A stretch of DNA of 63,873 nucleotides, the filler included, from Octopus bimaculoides (lineage: Eukaryota): the NCBI RefSeq assembly GCF_001194135.2. It is 6 parts of 6 records of this genome, joined end to end, with 100 filler letters (N's around TTAATTAATTAA, not from the genome) between each part and the next. Parts side by side here need not be neighbours in the genome. Positions count along the whole stretch, not along the records: positions 37,373 to 42,991 come from NW_026370345.1; positions 43,092 to 62,059 come from NC_068988.1; 4 more parts are not named here. One strand, given 5' to 3'. The notes under the pieces are model-generated. The model searched no databases. It saw only the letters and a program-made list of their open reading frames with translations, and had not been told where the DNA came from. A program made the translations under genes and the position numbers. Numbering within the stretch: the first letter of the stretch is position 1; each line of letters opens with the position of its first letter. This document shows positions 39,067 to 48,944 of the stretch, one piece after another.

Positions 39067-39420
39067 GGTCTGTGGTGTGCAAGAGAGAGATGACTGCACT
39101 GGTATGGCCATGTGGTGAGATTGGATGAGGATGGCTGCGTGAAAAAGTGTCACACCCTGGCAATTGAGGGAAACTGCGGAAGAGGTAGACCCAGGAAGAC
39201 CTGAGATGAGGTGGTGAAGCACGACCTTCGAATATTAGGCCTCACCGAGGCAATGACTAGTGACTGAGACCTTTGGAAATATGCTGTGTTTGAGAAGACC
39301 CGGAAAGCCAAGTGAGACCATAACCTGTGGCCTATGATAGGGGTGTAACCAGCCCACTTATGCGTACCTTTCTTTCATTGGAAACTAAACTCTGCTTGCG
39401 AAAACCTGTTGGGGGGTAAA
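39067..39420 (+). mobile_element. RTE-clade LINE 3' end, pseudogenised
   Basis: RER*LHWYGHVVRLDEDGCVKKCHTLAIEGNCGRGRPRKT*DEVVKHDLRILGL...D*DLWKYAVFEKTRKAK*; the WYGHV.R and GRGRP.KTW motifs are typical of RTE. Confidence 0.88.
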
Positions 39421-40544
39421 GGAAATCGAGCTAAATNNNNNNNNNNNNNNNNNNNNNNNNNNNNNNNNNNNNNNNNNNNNNNNNNNNNNNNNNNNNNNNN
39501 NNNNNNNNNNNNNNNNNNNNNNNNNNNNNNNNNNNNNNNNNNNNNNNNNNNNNNNNNNNNNNNNNNNNNNNNNNNNNNNNNNNNNNNNNNNNNNNNNNNN
39601 NNNNNNNNNNNNNNNNNNNNNNNNNNNNNNNNNNNNNNNNNNNNNNNNNNNNNNNNNNNNNNNNNNNNNNNNNNNNNNNNNNNNNNNNNNNNNNNNNNNN
39701 NNNNNNNNNNNNNNNNNNNNNNNNNNNNNNNNNNNNNNNNNNNNNNNNNNNNNNNNNNNNNNNNNNNNNNNNNNNNNNNNNNNNNNNNNNNNNNNNNNNN
39801 NNNNNNNNNNNNNNNNNNNNNNNNNNNNNNNNNNNNNNNNNNNNNNNNNNNNNNNNNNNNNNNNNNNNNNNNNNNNNNNNNNNNNNNNNNNNNNNNNNNN
39901 NNNNNNNNNNNNNNNNNNNNNNNNNNNNNNNNNNNNNNNNNNNNNNNNNNNNNNNNNNNNNNNNNNNNNNNNNNNNNNNNNNNNNNNNNNNNNNNNNNNN
40001 NNNNNNNNNNNNNNNNNNNNNNNNNNNNNNNNNNNNNNNNNNNNNNNNNNNNNNNNNNNNNNNNNNNNNCAGTAGTGGAGGTTACTGATGTGGAACCCTC
40101 CTTCAAGACAAGCCTCCTCCTCCTCTTTTTCTCCTCTTCCTCCTCCTACTGCTACTACTACTACTCTGCCTCCACCTCTTCTTCTTATTATTCTTCTCAC
40201 TACTACTACTACTACCATCATAGTGACAATGGTGGTGGTAGTGGTGGTGGTTGTTGAGACATTTCTGAGTTCCTGAGACATGACGTCATTGAAGCAAATC
40301 AATGCAGTCAGTGGAGCGTGACGTGACTGACCCAGTGAAGGGGAGAGAGGTGTTGCTGGTGGTGGGTGGCGGACGAGGGGTTGGAGAGGGAAGTAAATGG
40401 AGCAGAAACAGAGATAGAGACAGACAGACAGACAGAAATGGGGGGCAGGGATAGAGAGAGATAGAGAGAGAGAGAGAGACAGACAGACAGAGATGGAGAG
40501 AGACAGACAGACAGACAAAGATGCTGAGAGAGTAGTAAAGAAAG

Positions 40545-40613
40545 ACTGAGTAGAAGTTAGAGAGAGAAAGAGAGACACAGAGAGTAGAAGCTAGAGAGAG
40601 AGAGAGTAGAAGT

Positions 40614-40652
<39 letters not shown>

Positions 40653-40900
40653 AGCTAGAGAGAGATAGAGTAGAAGTTAGAGAGAGAGAGAGAGTAGAAA
40701 CTAGAGAGAGAGAGAGTAGAAGCTAGAGAGAGAGAGAGAGTAGAAGCTAGAGTGAGAGAGAGTAGAAGTTAGAGAGAGAGAGATAGAGTAGAAGCTAGAG
40801 AGAGAGAGAGTAGAAGTTAGAGAGAGATAGAGTAGAAGTTAGAGAGAGAGAGAGAGTAGAAGTTAGAGAGAGAGGGGGAGAGTAGAAGCTAGAGAGAGAG
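40545..40900. repeat. Minisatellite GTAGAAG(C/T)TA(GA)n, about 14 units
   Basis: A fixed 9-bp spacer recurs between variable GA runs. Confidence 0.9.
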
Positions 40901-41889
40901 AGGGAGACATGCAGAGAAAGAGAGAGAGAGAGAGGCTGAGACATAGAGTAAGTCAGACAGACAGACACACACAGAAAGAAAGGGAGAGAGAGAGAGAGAG
41001 AGAGAAGTAGAGAGAGAGAGCTTATATGGAGAGGGAATAATTTAGAGAAAGATAAGAGAGAGAAGGAGAGGGGGGGATGGGCATGGCTTTGGTGCAGAAT
41101 ACAAACGACAAGTGGAATGTCGCCCTCCCATGACCATCACTCCNNNNNNNNNNNNNNNNNNNNNNNNNNNNNNNNNNNNNNNNNNNNNNNNNNNNNNNNN
41201 NNNNNNNNNNNNNNNNNNNNNNNNNNNNNNNNNNNNNNNNNNNNNNNNNNNNNNNNNNNNNNNNNNNNNNNNNNNNNNNNNNNNNNNNNNNNNNNNNNNN
41301 NNNNNNNNNNNNNNNNNNNNNNNNNNNNNNNNNNNNNNNNNNNNNNNNNNNNNNNNNNNNNNNNNNNNNNNNNNNNNNNNNNNNNNNNNNNNNNNNNNNN
41401 NNNNNNNNNNNNNNNNNNNNNNNNNNNNNNNNNNNNNNNNNNNNNNNNNNNNNNNNNNNNNNNNNNNNNNNNNNNNNNNNNNNNNNNNNNNNNNNNNNNN
41501 NNNNNNNNNNNNNNNNNNNNNNNNNNNNNNNNNNNNNNNNNNNNNNNNNNNNNNNNNNNNNNNNNNNNNNNNNNNNNNNNNNNNNNNNNNNNNNNNNNNN
41601 NNNNNNNNNNNNNNNNNNNNNNNNNNNNNNNNNNNNNNNNNNNNNNNNNNNNNNNNNNNNNNNNNNNNNNNNNNNNNNNNNNNNNNNNNNNNNNNNNNNN
41701 NNNNNNNNNNNNNNNNNNNNNNNNNNNNNNNNNNNNNNNNNNNNNNNNNNNNNNNNNNNNNNNNNNNNNNNNNNNNNNNNNNNNNNNNNNNNNNNNNNNN
41801 NNNNNNNNNNNNNNNNNNNNNNNNTATATATATATATATCTTATATATTTACTGATCAATCCAGGCTAATTTTAGTCTTCCATACATTG

Positions 41890-42113
41890 TACAAGGGGGT
41901 GCTGAAAAGTTCCTGGCTTTAAGGGCCTTGCAGAAAGCCTGGTTGGGGGCCCAGCCTTTTGAGTTCTTTTTAAAGGGCTTAGAAAACCTGAAGGACCCCT
42001 GCAATAAGTGAGTGAATCTGAGAGGGGAATATACTGAATAAAATCATAATTAACTGATCCTCCTGGATTTTCTTTTACCCAAAGACAGGAACCTTTCCCC
42101 ACTCCCCCTCACA
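41890..42113. mobile_element. mariner-type MITE
   Basis: Left TACAAGGGGGTGCTGAAAAGTTCCTGGC and a degenerate inverted copy at 42085-42113. Confidence 0.65.
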
Positions 42114-42122
42114 CACATGTAT

Positions 42123-42200
42123 ATACAGGGGTTGGACCAAATAATGGAAAACCTCGCATCATAGCATCATAATTTTGAAATACCTATAAAACCATCAGAA
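42123..42200 (+). mobile_element. Tc1-like TIR fragment
   Basis: TACAGGGGTTGGACCAAATAATGGAAAAC after TA. Confidence 0.45.
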
Positions 42201-42214
42201 GCTTGTTTTTTTTA

Positions 42215-42313
42215 ATGTTTTTTTTATTTATTATTAGTACTATTATTCCAGGTCACTGCCTGGAATCGAACTTGGAATCTTGGGGTTAGTAGCCCACGCT
42301 CTTAACCACTACG
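42215..42313 (-). mobile_element. tRNA-headed SINE family T, minus copy (head plus AAT-rich linker)
   Basis: Reverse complement: CGTAGTGGTTAAGAGCGTGGGCTACTAACCCCAAGATTCCAAGTTCGATTCCAGGCAGTGACCTGGAATAAT; B-box GTTCGATTC. Confidence 0.7.
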
Positions 42314-42360
42314 GGCATATGGCGTAGTGGTTAAGAACACAGGCTACTAACCCCAAGATT

Positions 42361-42403
42361 CCGAGTTCTGAAGAAGGAATTGTAATTCCGAAATATCATC
42401 GGA
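42361..42403 (+). ncRNA. Minimal type I hammerhead ribozyme motif
   Basis: CTGAAGA (42368-74), A, stem GGAAT/ATTCC with TGTA loop, GAAAT-ATC (U-A pair kept, AUC triplet); stem I only possible with a bulge. Confidence 0.5.
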
Positions 42404-42556
42404 CTATAGATAACCAAATTACAACAGGTCTATAGGCCATTTTTTGTTCGATAGTGCATTGTTATACCATTCTAAACTTTTTATTCTTTAATAATAATAA
42501 TAACAACAACATCGAAAAGTACCTTAGGAATGAGAACCCAGTTTCGAAATTTCCCC

Positions 42557-42605
42557 AAAACACCTGATGAAGGCTGGAGGGTATATCAGCTGAAATGCTA
42601 TGTTA
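42557..42605 (+). ncRNA. Minimal type I hammerhead ribozyme motif, decayed
   Basis: ACAC-CTGATGA (42564-70)-A-GGCTG-10 nt-CAGCT-GAAAT-GCT-ATGTT; cleavage triplet mutated. Confidence 0.5.
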
Positions 42606-42991
42606 GAAACAAACAAGATGAGGACAAATATCCTTCAAATGTATTTTTCTAACCCCATTGGTGTGTCCAGAGGGCAGCTGATTTCCTGGTCCCACTCAAC
42701 AATATCTGTATGTATGTCCTGCATGTAGTTATGTCTTCTGTTTCTCTTCTTAATTTAGAATATATTTTGACCGGGGCCGCCTTCTTCATAGCAAGGTTTT
42801 GAGGCAAACCATCTTATTTTGTTCACCATCCTTTAAATCTGGAGAAGCTCTTGCAGACATTTTGTCGTCCCAGATGTTGTCATCACTTGTAACATAAGAA
42901 TTAAGGGTTTGCGTTCTATTCCTGTGTTTAGCCATATTTTGCTCCAGATGGGTCAGAGTGTATGTATGTATGTATGTATGTATGTATGTAT

Positions 42992-43091
42992 NNNNNNNNN
43001 NNNNNNNNNNNNNNNNNNNNNNNNNNNNNNNNNNNTTAATTAATTAANNNNNNNNNNNNNNNNNNNNNNNNNNNNNNNNNNNNNNNNNNNN
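42992..43091. other. Assembly join spacer
   Basis: 44 N + TTAATTAATTAA (43036-43047) + 44 N. Confidence 0.95.
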
Positions 43092-43364
43092 CAAACAATA
43101 AATTTTCTATATTTCTTCCCTCGGTTGACACCTCTTCGCCAGACGAAGATACACTATTCGGCATCTTACCAGCAATTACTGTTTCTCCCATAGGGGAAAC
43201 ACACGATAGTTTTCGAACGAAGACTATCACACAATAGTTATAACAAGAACACAGAAAAACAGTCAATGGAAACTTGCACTTGCTGTACAGACGCACTCAA
43301 ATAACTAGTAACAATCCAAACTCACGGAGTCGCTACACCGCTAAGCATTTCAACCGGTGTAACA

Positions 43365-43426
43365 CAGACGAAATACCGCTAAGCATTTCGCCCAGTGTGC
43401 TAACGTTTCTGCCAGCTCACCACCTC
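43365..43426 (-). mobile_element. SINE family E head, minus strand
   Basis: CAGACGAAATACCGCTAAGCATTTCGCCCAGTGTGCTAACGTTTCTGCCAGCTCACC. Confidence 0.75.
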
Positions 43427-43451
43427 AACTACTTAATATATTATTTCCAAA

Positions 43452-43685
43452 AGGGAGGCGAGCTGGCAGAATCGTTATAACTCCGTGCGAAACGCTTAGA
43501 AGTATTTCGGCTGTCGTTACCTACTAAGTTCAAATTCTGCCGAGGTCGACTTTGCCTTTCATCCTTTCGGTGCCGATTAAATAAGTACTAGTTACGCACT
43601 GGGTCGATGTAATCGGCTTAATCCCTTTGTCTGCCCGTGTTTGTTTCCTGCATGTTTAGCCTCCTGTGGGCAATAAAGAAATAAA
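43452..43685 (+). mobile_element. SINE family E, near full length
   Basis: GGCGAGCTGGCAGAATCG...AAGTTCAAATTCTGCCGAGGTCGACTTTGCCTTTCATCCTTTCGG...GGGCAATAAAGAAATAA. Confidence 0.85.
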
Positions 43686-44147
43686 TATATTGTTTGCGAA
43701 ATTGTTGGATTTAGCAGCATAACTTTGAATGATAATACTGTATAGATTGTGTATTCGTGGTACGTTATCTATGATTTGTAACGTATGAAATGGAACAAAG
43801 TTGTCGCAATATCTTATATTCTAAGGAGACGATGATGCTAAAAAAAAAACGAATCAGTTTCATATGAGTTTTTATTGGCCTTACATGTTATTGGATGAAT
43901 CGTTTTGTTTACGGTTTCAAGTGGCATGATCTCTGCACTATAAATTCAATCAATGTTTACTTTATTTATAATCTGCGTCCAAGGTATTCCTATTCATACG
44001 TAACATTTTGCTTTCTTGTGTTTGCAAAATTATCGGCGTTTCCTTCACCTTGACTACTTCTAGGAGCTTCTAACTGTATTTCTCAAAAGGTTTTGCTAAT
44101 CTTTTTCCGGGAACATATTCTGTGTTTCCATATCAACGATATTGTAA

Positions 44148-44372
44148 AAGGCAGCGAACTGACAGAATGGTTAGCACGTCAAGTAAACTGGTTAGCAGCA
44201 TTTTGTCCGTCTTTCCGCTCTAAGTTAAAATTCCGCCGAGGCCGACTTTGCCGTTCATCACCTTCAGGATGGATAAAATAAGTACGAGTTGAACATTTGG
44301 TCAATGTAATTGAATTATTCCAAACTTCTGAAATTGCTGGCTCTGTGCCAAATTTTGAAACCAATATTAACT
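44148..44372 (+). mobile_element. SINE family E variant
   Basis: GGCAGCGAACTGACAGAATGG...AAATTCCGCCGAGGCCGACTTTGCC; tail GTGCCAAATTTTGAAA. Confidence 0.8.
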
Positions 44373-44750
44373 CACATTGTCTCTCACTGAAATTATACCT
44401 TATGTTAATCAGCTCCTCGTTTCATATTTATAAACCTAATCACTACCAATCTTTCTTCAAAATTGCTCCCTTAAAATCACCTCCTTCATTAAAATCTTAA
44501 GTTCAATTGCCTGATTGAAAGAAAATTTTGAAACAAAATTTTAAAATATTTCCTCAGTGGTTGTTTATTTATAATATCGTAATTTCTTCATTCTTTTGCA
44601 TTACTACACATAACCAACAGTATTAGCAACAATTATTTTGGAAATAATTAATTCAAAATTTAAAAACCAAAGTGTAGTGAATAGGTTGTGAAGGCAGTTT
44701 GCAATGAGTAAATTATTGTTGTATATATATAAATATATATATATATATAT

Positions 44751-45128
44751 TCCTTTCAGTCATTTAACTGCGGTCATACTGGAGCACCAAATTTAGTCGA
44801 ATAAATCGAGCCCAGAACGTATTTTTGTAAGCCTAGTACCTATTCTATCTGTCTTTTCTTCCGAACCACTAAGTTACGGGGACGTAAACACACCAACATC
44901 GATTGTCAAGCGATGGTGCGAAGATAAGTACAGGCACAAGCACACACACATACACACACACACACACACATATATACGACGGGCTTCTTTCAGCTTCTGT
45001 CTACCAAATCTTCTTGGTCGGTCCAAGGCTATAGTAGAGGAAACTTGCACAAGGTTTCACAGAGCGGCACTGAACCTGGAACCATGTGGTTGGGAAGCAA
45101 ACTTCTTACCACACAGCCACGCCGTGCA
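44751..45128 (-). mobile_element. SINE family A, full length
   Basis: Tail, CA microsatellite, body and head all present; many CpGs retained. Confidence 0.88.
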
Positions 45129-45444
45129 TATAAATATATACATATATATATTTCAAAATTAATGGCTTAATCGTTCGATCATTTTTAATGTTGTTTACGT
45201 GGACATTAATTAATGATTTTCTTTTTTTAAGCACGTAATATAGATTTTGGAGTTGATTGGGCTACTAGTTATAGGGCGTCAGTCTATATCAAGCAGATCG
45301 GTTCCTTCCTTGACGGTACTTTAGATTTGCACTAGTGTTGATAGTAAGTGCAAACCTACAATTTCGATGATGGTGTGGTGTCATGTCAAGTATCCTGCGG
45401 AAAATATCTAAAATTGAGAAGGAAGATAAAAACAAAAGGAAACA

Positions 45445-45665
45445 TTTTTGACTACCTAATTATTAATTTCAAATTTTGGCACACGGCCACCAATTTCTAT
45501 TACATCGATACCTGTGTTCAATTGGATAATTTCTATATCGGCTCCGAAAGGATGAAGGGCAAGGTCACCCTCGGCGGAATTTGAACTCAGAGCTTAAAGA
45601 CGAACGAAATATCGCCAAATATTTTGACCGGCGTACAAATGATTTTGCCAGCTCACCGCCTTAAA
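45445..45665 (-). mobile_element. SINE family E variant
   Basis: GAAAGGATGAAGGGCAAGGTCACCCTCGGCGGAATTTGAACTCAG...TTTGCCAGCTCACCGCC. Confidence 0.8.
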
Positions 45666-46501
45666 CTACCTAATTATTTACAAGCATATATTGTCGATAC
45701 CCGCATACACTCACACAACGACAAAATAATCTGCCGAAACGATGCAGTTACATCGTTTGATTATTCATATATTTTTGTGTCGTAAGCATCGATTTATATA
45801 CCGCTTTTAGGAACTTAAGTTTTAAAACGTGCTTGTCCTCTCAGAAACTATATTACTAGGCACTTGCTTTGTAAGCTATCGATCAGAAGTCATTTCTTGT
45901 GAATGACAAATCCTAATACAGCTAGATACTCGGACCAAATCTTTGAAATCACATATGATTTCTCATATGAACTAAACTATGTAACTAATCAGTTAAAACC
46001 CTTAATGTTTTTATGGGGAAATGGATCCTAGATTACTTTCTGTCAACATAATTACTGCGTATCAGTCTTTCATCTAGTGAAACGTATGTTACGATTGATT
46101 TTCTGGAAGGCTTGCTATAAAATTGATTATATATATTCCTGTACTATTTTATTGTTTTACTTGTTTCAGTCATTTGCCAGGAGCTATCCTGGAATACTGG
46201 TGCTAGATGATCACTACGTTGTTTGAAAAATGTTTACAGGGCAGATTTATCGTTTCTGCAGCATTAAAAAGCCCGAAATTCCATATTAAGTGCTCCAGTG
46301 AATTGTGTACTGGGATATAATTCATTGTTCATGTATCACTCATGCTTTAGCTGAAAGGCAGTTATTGGATAAAATCTGTAGTCTCGAAGTGTCTGTGTGA
46401 AGTGTTCGCTGCAATTCACAGCAATCTGATTTTAAACTCTATGGAGGTCAACATCTTTCATTCATTAGAGATCAGCAAATATACTATACATCTACTACAG
46501 C

Positions 46502-46502
<1 letters not shown>

Positions 46503-46547
<45 letters not shown>

Positions 46548-46584
46548 CGTCCATCCATCCATCCATCCATCCATCCATCCATCC

Positions 46585-46629
<45 letters not shown>

Positions 46630-46630
46630 C
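46503..46630. repeat. Compound (TC)n-(TCTA)n-(TCCA)n-(TCTA)n microsatellite
   Basis: Directly visible. Confidence 0.95.
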
Positions 46631-47049
46631 CTAAAAGACTCGTATGAGTTCCAAGAAAGACATTGGAACTAATCAGCCTGTATTCAGGCGATATTATTTA
46701 ATGGACAACTAACGACGAATCTAGAAGAAAGACATTGGTCCTACACAAAGCGAGTTGCTACATTTTGGAAGCTAATCCATCGGAAAATATTAATACCTTT
46801 CGTGTTCCCATTCGCTAGTAGTAAGTTGTGTAAGATAGAATTGACATATATTGAAGATCTTGCAAATAATGCTTTCTGTTCTTCATGTTCAGGTTCCACA
46901 AGCCATATCTCAAGAGATATCATTGTGTTTATTCAGAACGCGCGCGCACCTTTCTTTTGGGATCACAAATACTTTATTATCTCCCCTTCTTCCTAGCTCA
47001 CCTATCAAACTATTTTTTCGCAACCAGTCGCTATGAGTGATCGCTAAAC

Positions 47050-47225
47050 CCACAAGTTTTCTTTTTTTTATTATTCTCCCTGTGTTTATTTCCTCATATT
47101 CCTTTCTGTTGAAGAGCGTAGGCTCGAAACGTAAAATACTTTCTAACTTTCCCGACCGTCAAACTAATACATGTGCTTGTTGTTCATACACCTCTCTTCG
47201 TCTTTCTGTAAATTGTAACTATATA
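47050..47225 (+). mobile_element. Hammerhead-bearing retroelement 3' tail, family 1, best-preserved copy
   Basis: CCTTTCTGTTGAAGAGCGTAGGCTCGAAACGTAAAA...CAAACTAATACATGTGCTTGTTGTTCATACACC...GTAACTATATA. Confidence 0.8.
47101..47137 (+). ncRNA. Minimal type I hammerhead motif with A6U core variant
   Basis: TTT-CTGTTGA (47106-12)-A-GAGC-GTAG-GCTC-GAAAC-GTA-AAA; perfect stem II, GUA triplet, 3-bp stem I. Confidence 0.55.
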
Positions 47226-47279
47226 TGTGTGAGTCGATTTGGTAGACGGAAACTGATGAAGCCCGTCGTGTGTATATAT

Positions 47280-47575
47280 ACATACATGCATACATATGTA
47301 TGTATGGTTATGATCCGTGCATCGAAGGCTAGCAGCCGATCCCGTAGGCGGATGGATTCACCCACTGGACGCGTAGTTTCGGCNNNNNNNNNNNNNNNNN
47401 NNNNNNNNNNNNNNNNNNNNNNNNNNNNNNNNNNNNNNNNATGTATGCATGTATGTATATATATATATATACATACATGCATACATATGTATGTATGGTT
47501 ATGATCCGTGCATCGAAGGCTAGCAGCCGATCCCGTAGGCGGATGGATTCACCCACTGGACGCGTAGTTTCGGCC
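47280..47575 (+). repeat. Identical ~105-bp duplication flanking a 57-N gap (probable assembly overlap artefact)
   Basis: 47280-47383 is repeated at 47470-47573. Confidence 0.75.
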
Positions 47576-47615
47576 ACGAATGTCGGGGCCCTGCTTGCTC
47601 CTTCGCTAGGTCGCT

Positions 47616-48270
47616 CGAAGAATCACTCTCCACAAAGAACAAATCCACCACCCACAGTATAGATAGATACAGGTCAATGGGCTCATAGAATGGTGTGCCA
47701 TGAATCTTAATCCTAATTTCCTAATTTTCCCCTTCTATCAATGTTCACAGAACACCTCAGTACAACAAAGAATGAATAAAGAGGCAACTTTCATCAATAA
47801 ATATCTTCCACAACTAAATATGAACACATAACATAAAACAGAACACTACTAACCTTACAATTAATACCACTAATCCCCATACATCCCATACACCATTCAC
47901 ATTACAGATCTATGTCTACCTTAATTGCACCAAATACAGAAATACTTACCTCCATTACACATAATCTTTCTACTCAAGGACTAGAAGACCTGACACCGTT
48001 CAGTAGTCGGTGTGTATTCAAAGCAATGATTATTAACTTTACGAAACCGGTATGCTTTTGAATCTGTTTAACAATTCACAATAACGACTTTTATTACTTT
48101 TATTCTTATCTCAGTCCATTTAATTGCGTTTATCTATCGTTACTTTTCATAAAAAGCCTTTACTTTTTTTGATTTTCAATGTGCATTTTCGCTTATTTTT
48201 CTTCTTACTTTCCCCTCACATTTCCACGTGTATATCCTATTTTGTTTTTGCAATATATTTTTATTATATC
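47616..48270 (+). mobile_element. Penelope-like retroelement 3' end: GIY-YIG endonuclease C-terminus (47616-47831) and 3' UTR
   Basis: RRITLHKEQIHHPQYR*IQVNGLIEWCAMNLNPNFLIFPFYQCSQNTSVQQRMNKEATFINKYLPQLNMNT*; the R..KE..FI....P.LN ending is typical of Penelope GIY-YIG domains. Confidence 0.75.
48016..48063 (+). ncRNA. Degenerate type I hammerhead in the Penelope 3' UTR
   Basis: Stem I ATTCAAAGCA/TGCTTTTGAAT, core ATGATTA, short stem II, GAAAC-CG-GTA with palindromic ACCGGT helix III. Confidence 0.45.
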
Positions 48271-48278
48271 TATATATA

Positions 48279-48609
48279 CAGTGGCGGACTGACCAGGTTT
48301 CCAGCTTGCTCGATGCCAAGTGGGCCCATGCGCCATTAGAATCCCTATATAGGCGCCCATGTTAGTATCTAAGGGGCCCATCCCCTCAAGTTTGAGAAGT
48401 TTTTATTCACTCCTTGAAGAATGTATTAATTATTTCAGCCTAGCTGTGTTTATAGACATTTGAAAAGAATACTAACAATAAAAAAAATTAAATGATAGCA
48501 TTGTAGTTGCGGGTTGGCCCCCTTATAGTTGCAGGTGGACCCCCTGTAGTTGCGGGTGAGCGCCCTAAGTCTCCTGGCAACACATATTTTTAGACCCAGT
48601 CCGTCACTG
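48279..48609. mobile_element. 331-bp hAT-like MITE
   Basis: TIRs CAGTGGCGGACTG / CAGTCCGTCACTG (12/13); flanks TATATATA and TATAT(N); three subterminal TAGTTGC(G/A)GGT repeats. Confidence 0.75.
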
Positions 48610-48759
48610 TATATNNNNNNNNNNNNNNNNNNNNNNNNNNNNNNNNNNNNNNNNNNNNNNNNNNNNNNNNNNNNNNNNNNNNNNNNNNNNNNNNNNNNNN
48701 NNNNNNNNNNNNNNNNNNNNNNNNNNNNNNNNNNNNNNNNNNNNNNNNNNNTATGCTTG

Positions 48760-48930
48760 TATCTGTGTTGATGTATTTATGTCCCCGTAACTTAGTGGTT
48801 CGACAGAGAAAACCGATAGAATACGTAGCAGGTTTAAATATTAGACCTGGAGTCGATTTCTTCGTTTAAAACCTTTCCAGTCGGTACTTTACCGCAGTCA
48901 AATGACTGAGACAAGATAACGGATAAAATA
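48760..48930 (+). mobile_element. SINE family A tail
   Basis: GTCCCCGTAACTTAGTGGTTCGAC...CGCAGTCAAATGACTGAGACAAG. Confidence 0.75.
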
Positions 48931-48944
48931 TATATCTTTTATCA

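Larger units (their letters stand above)
42314..42650 (+). mobile_element. tRNA-headed SINE family T, plus copy with insertion, (AAT)n linker and hammerhead tail
   Basis: A-box TGGCGTAGTGG, head cut at GAGTTC (42368), ~120-bp insert, (AAT)n, then tail containing CTGATGA...GAAA. Confidence 0.6.

Noticed and set aside
23476-40900. CRISPR-like arrays at the 55-bp repeat and the GA minisatellite
   Set aside because: Eukaryotic context, no constant repeat with unique spacers, no cas genes
42650-42960. Minus-strand coding-like stretch (MKKAAPVKIYSKLRRE...)
   Set aside because: Probably a LINE remnant, but there is no diagnostic motif to assign it
36630-43500. tRNA genes
   Set aside because: A/B boxes are present but acceptor stems are missing and the heads continue into SINE bodies
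46703-46996. Open frame with GQLTTNLEER, a possible GIY-YIG remnant
   Set aside because: Lacks recognisable GIY/YIG residues and the terminal P.LN; may be chance
47482-47615. HDV-like ribozyme
   Set aside because: The CTCCTTCG loop-like string is present, but I could not build the P1/P2/P3 pairings
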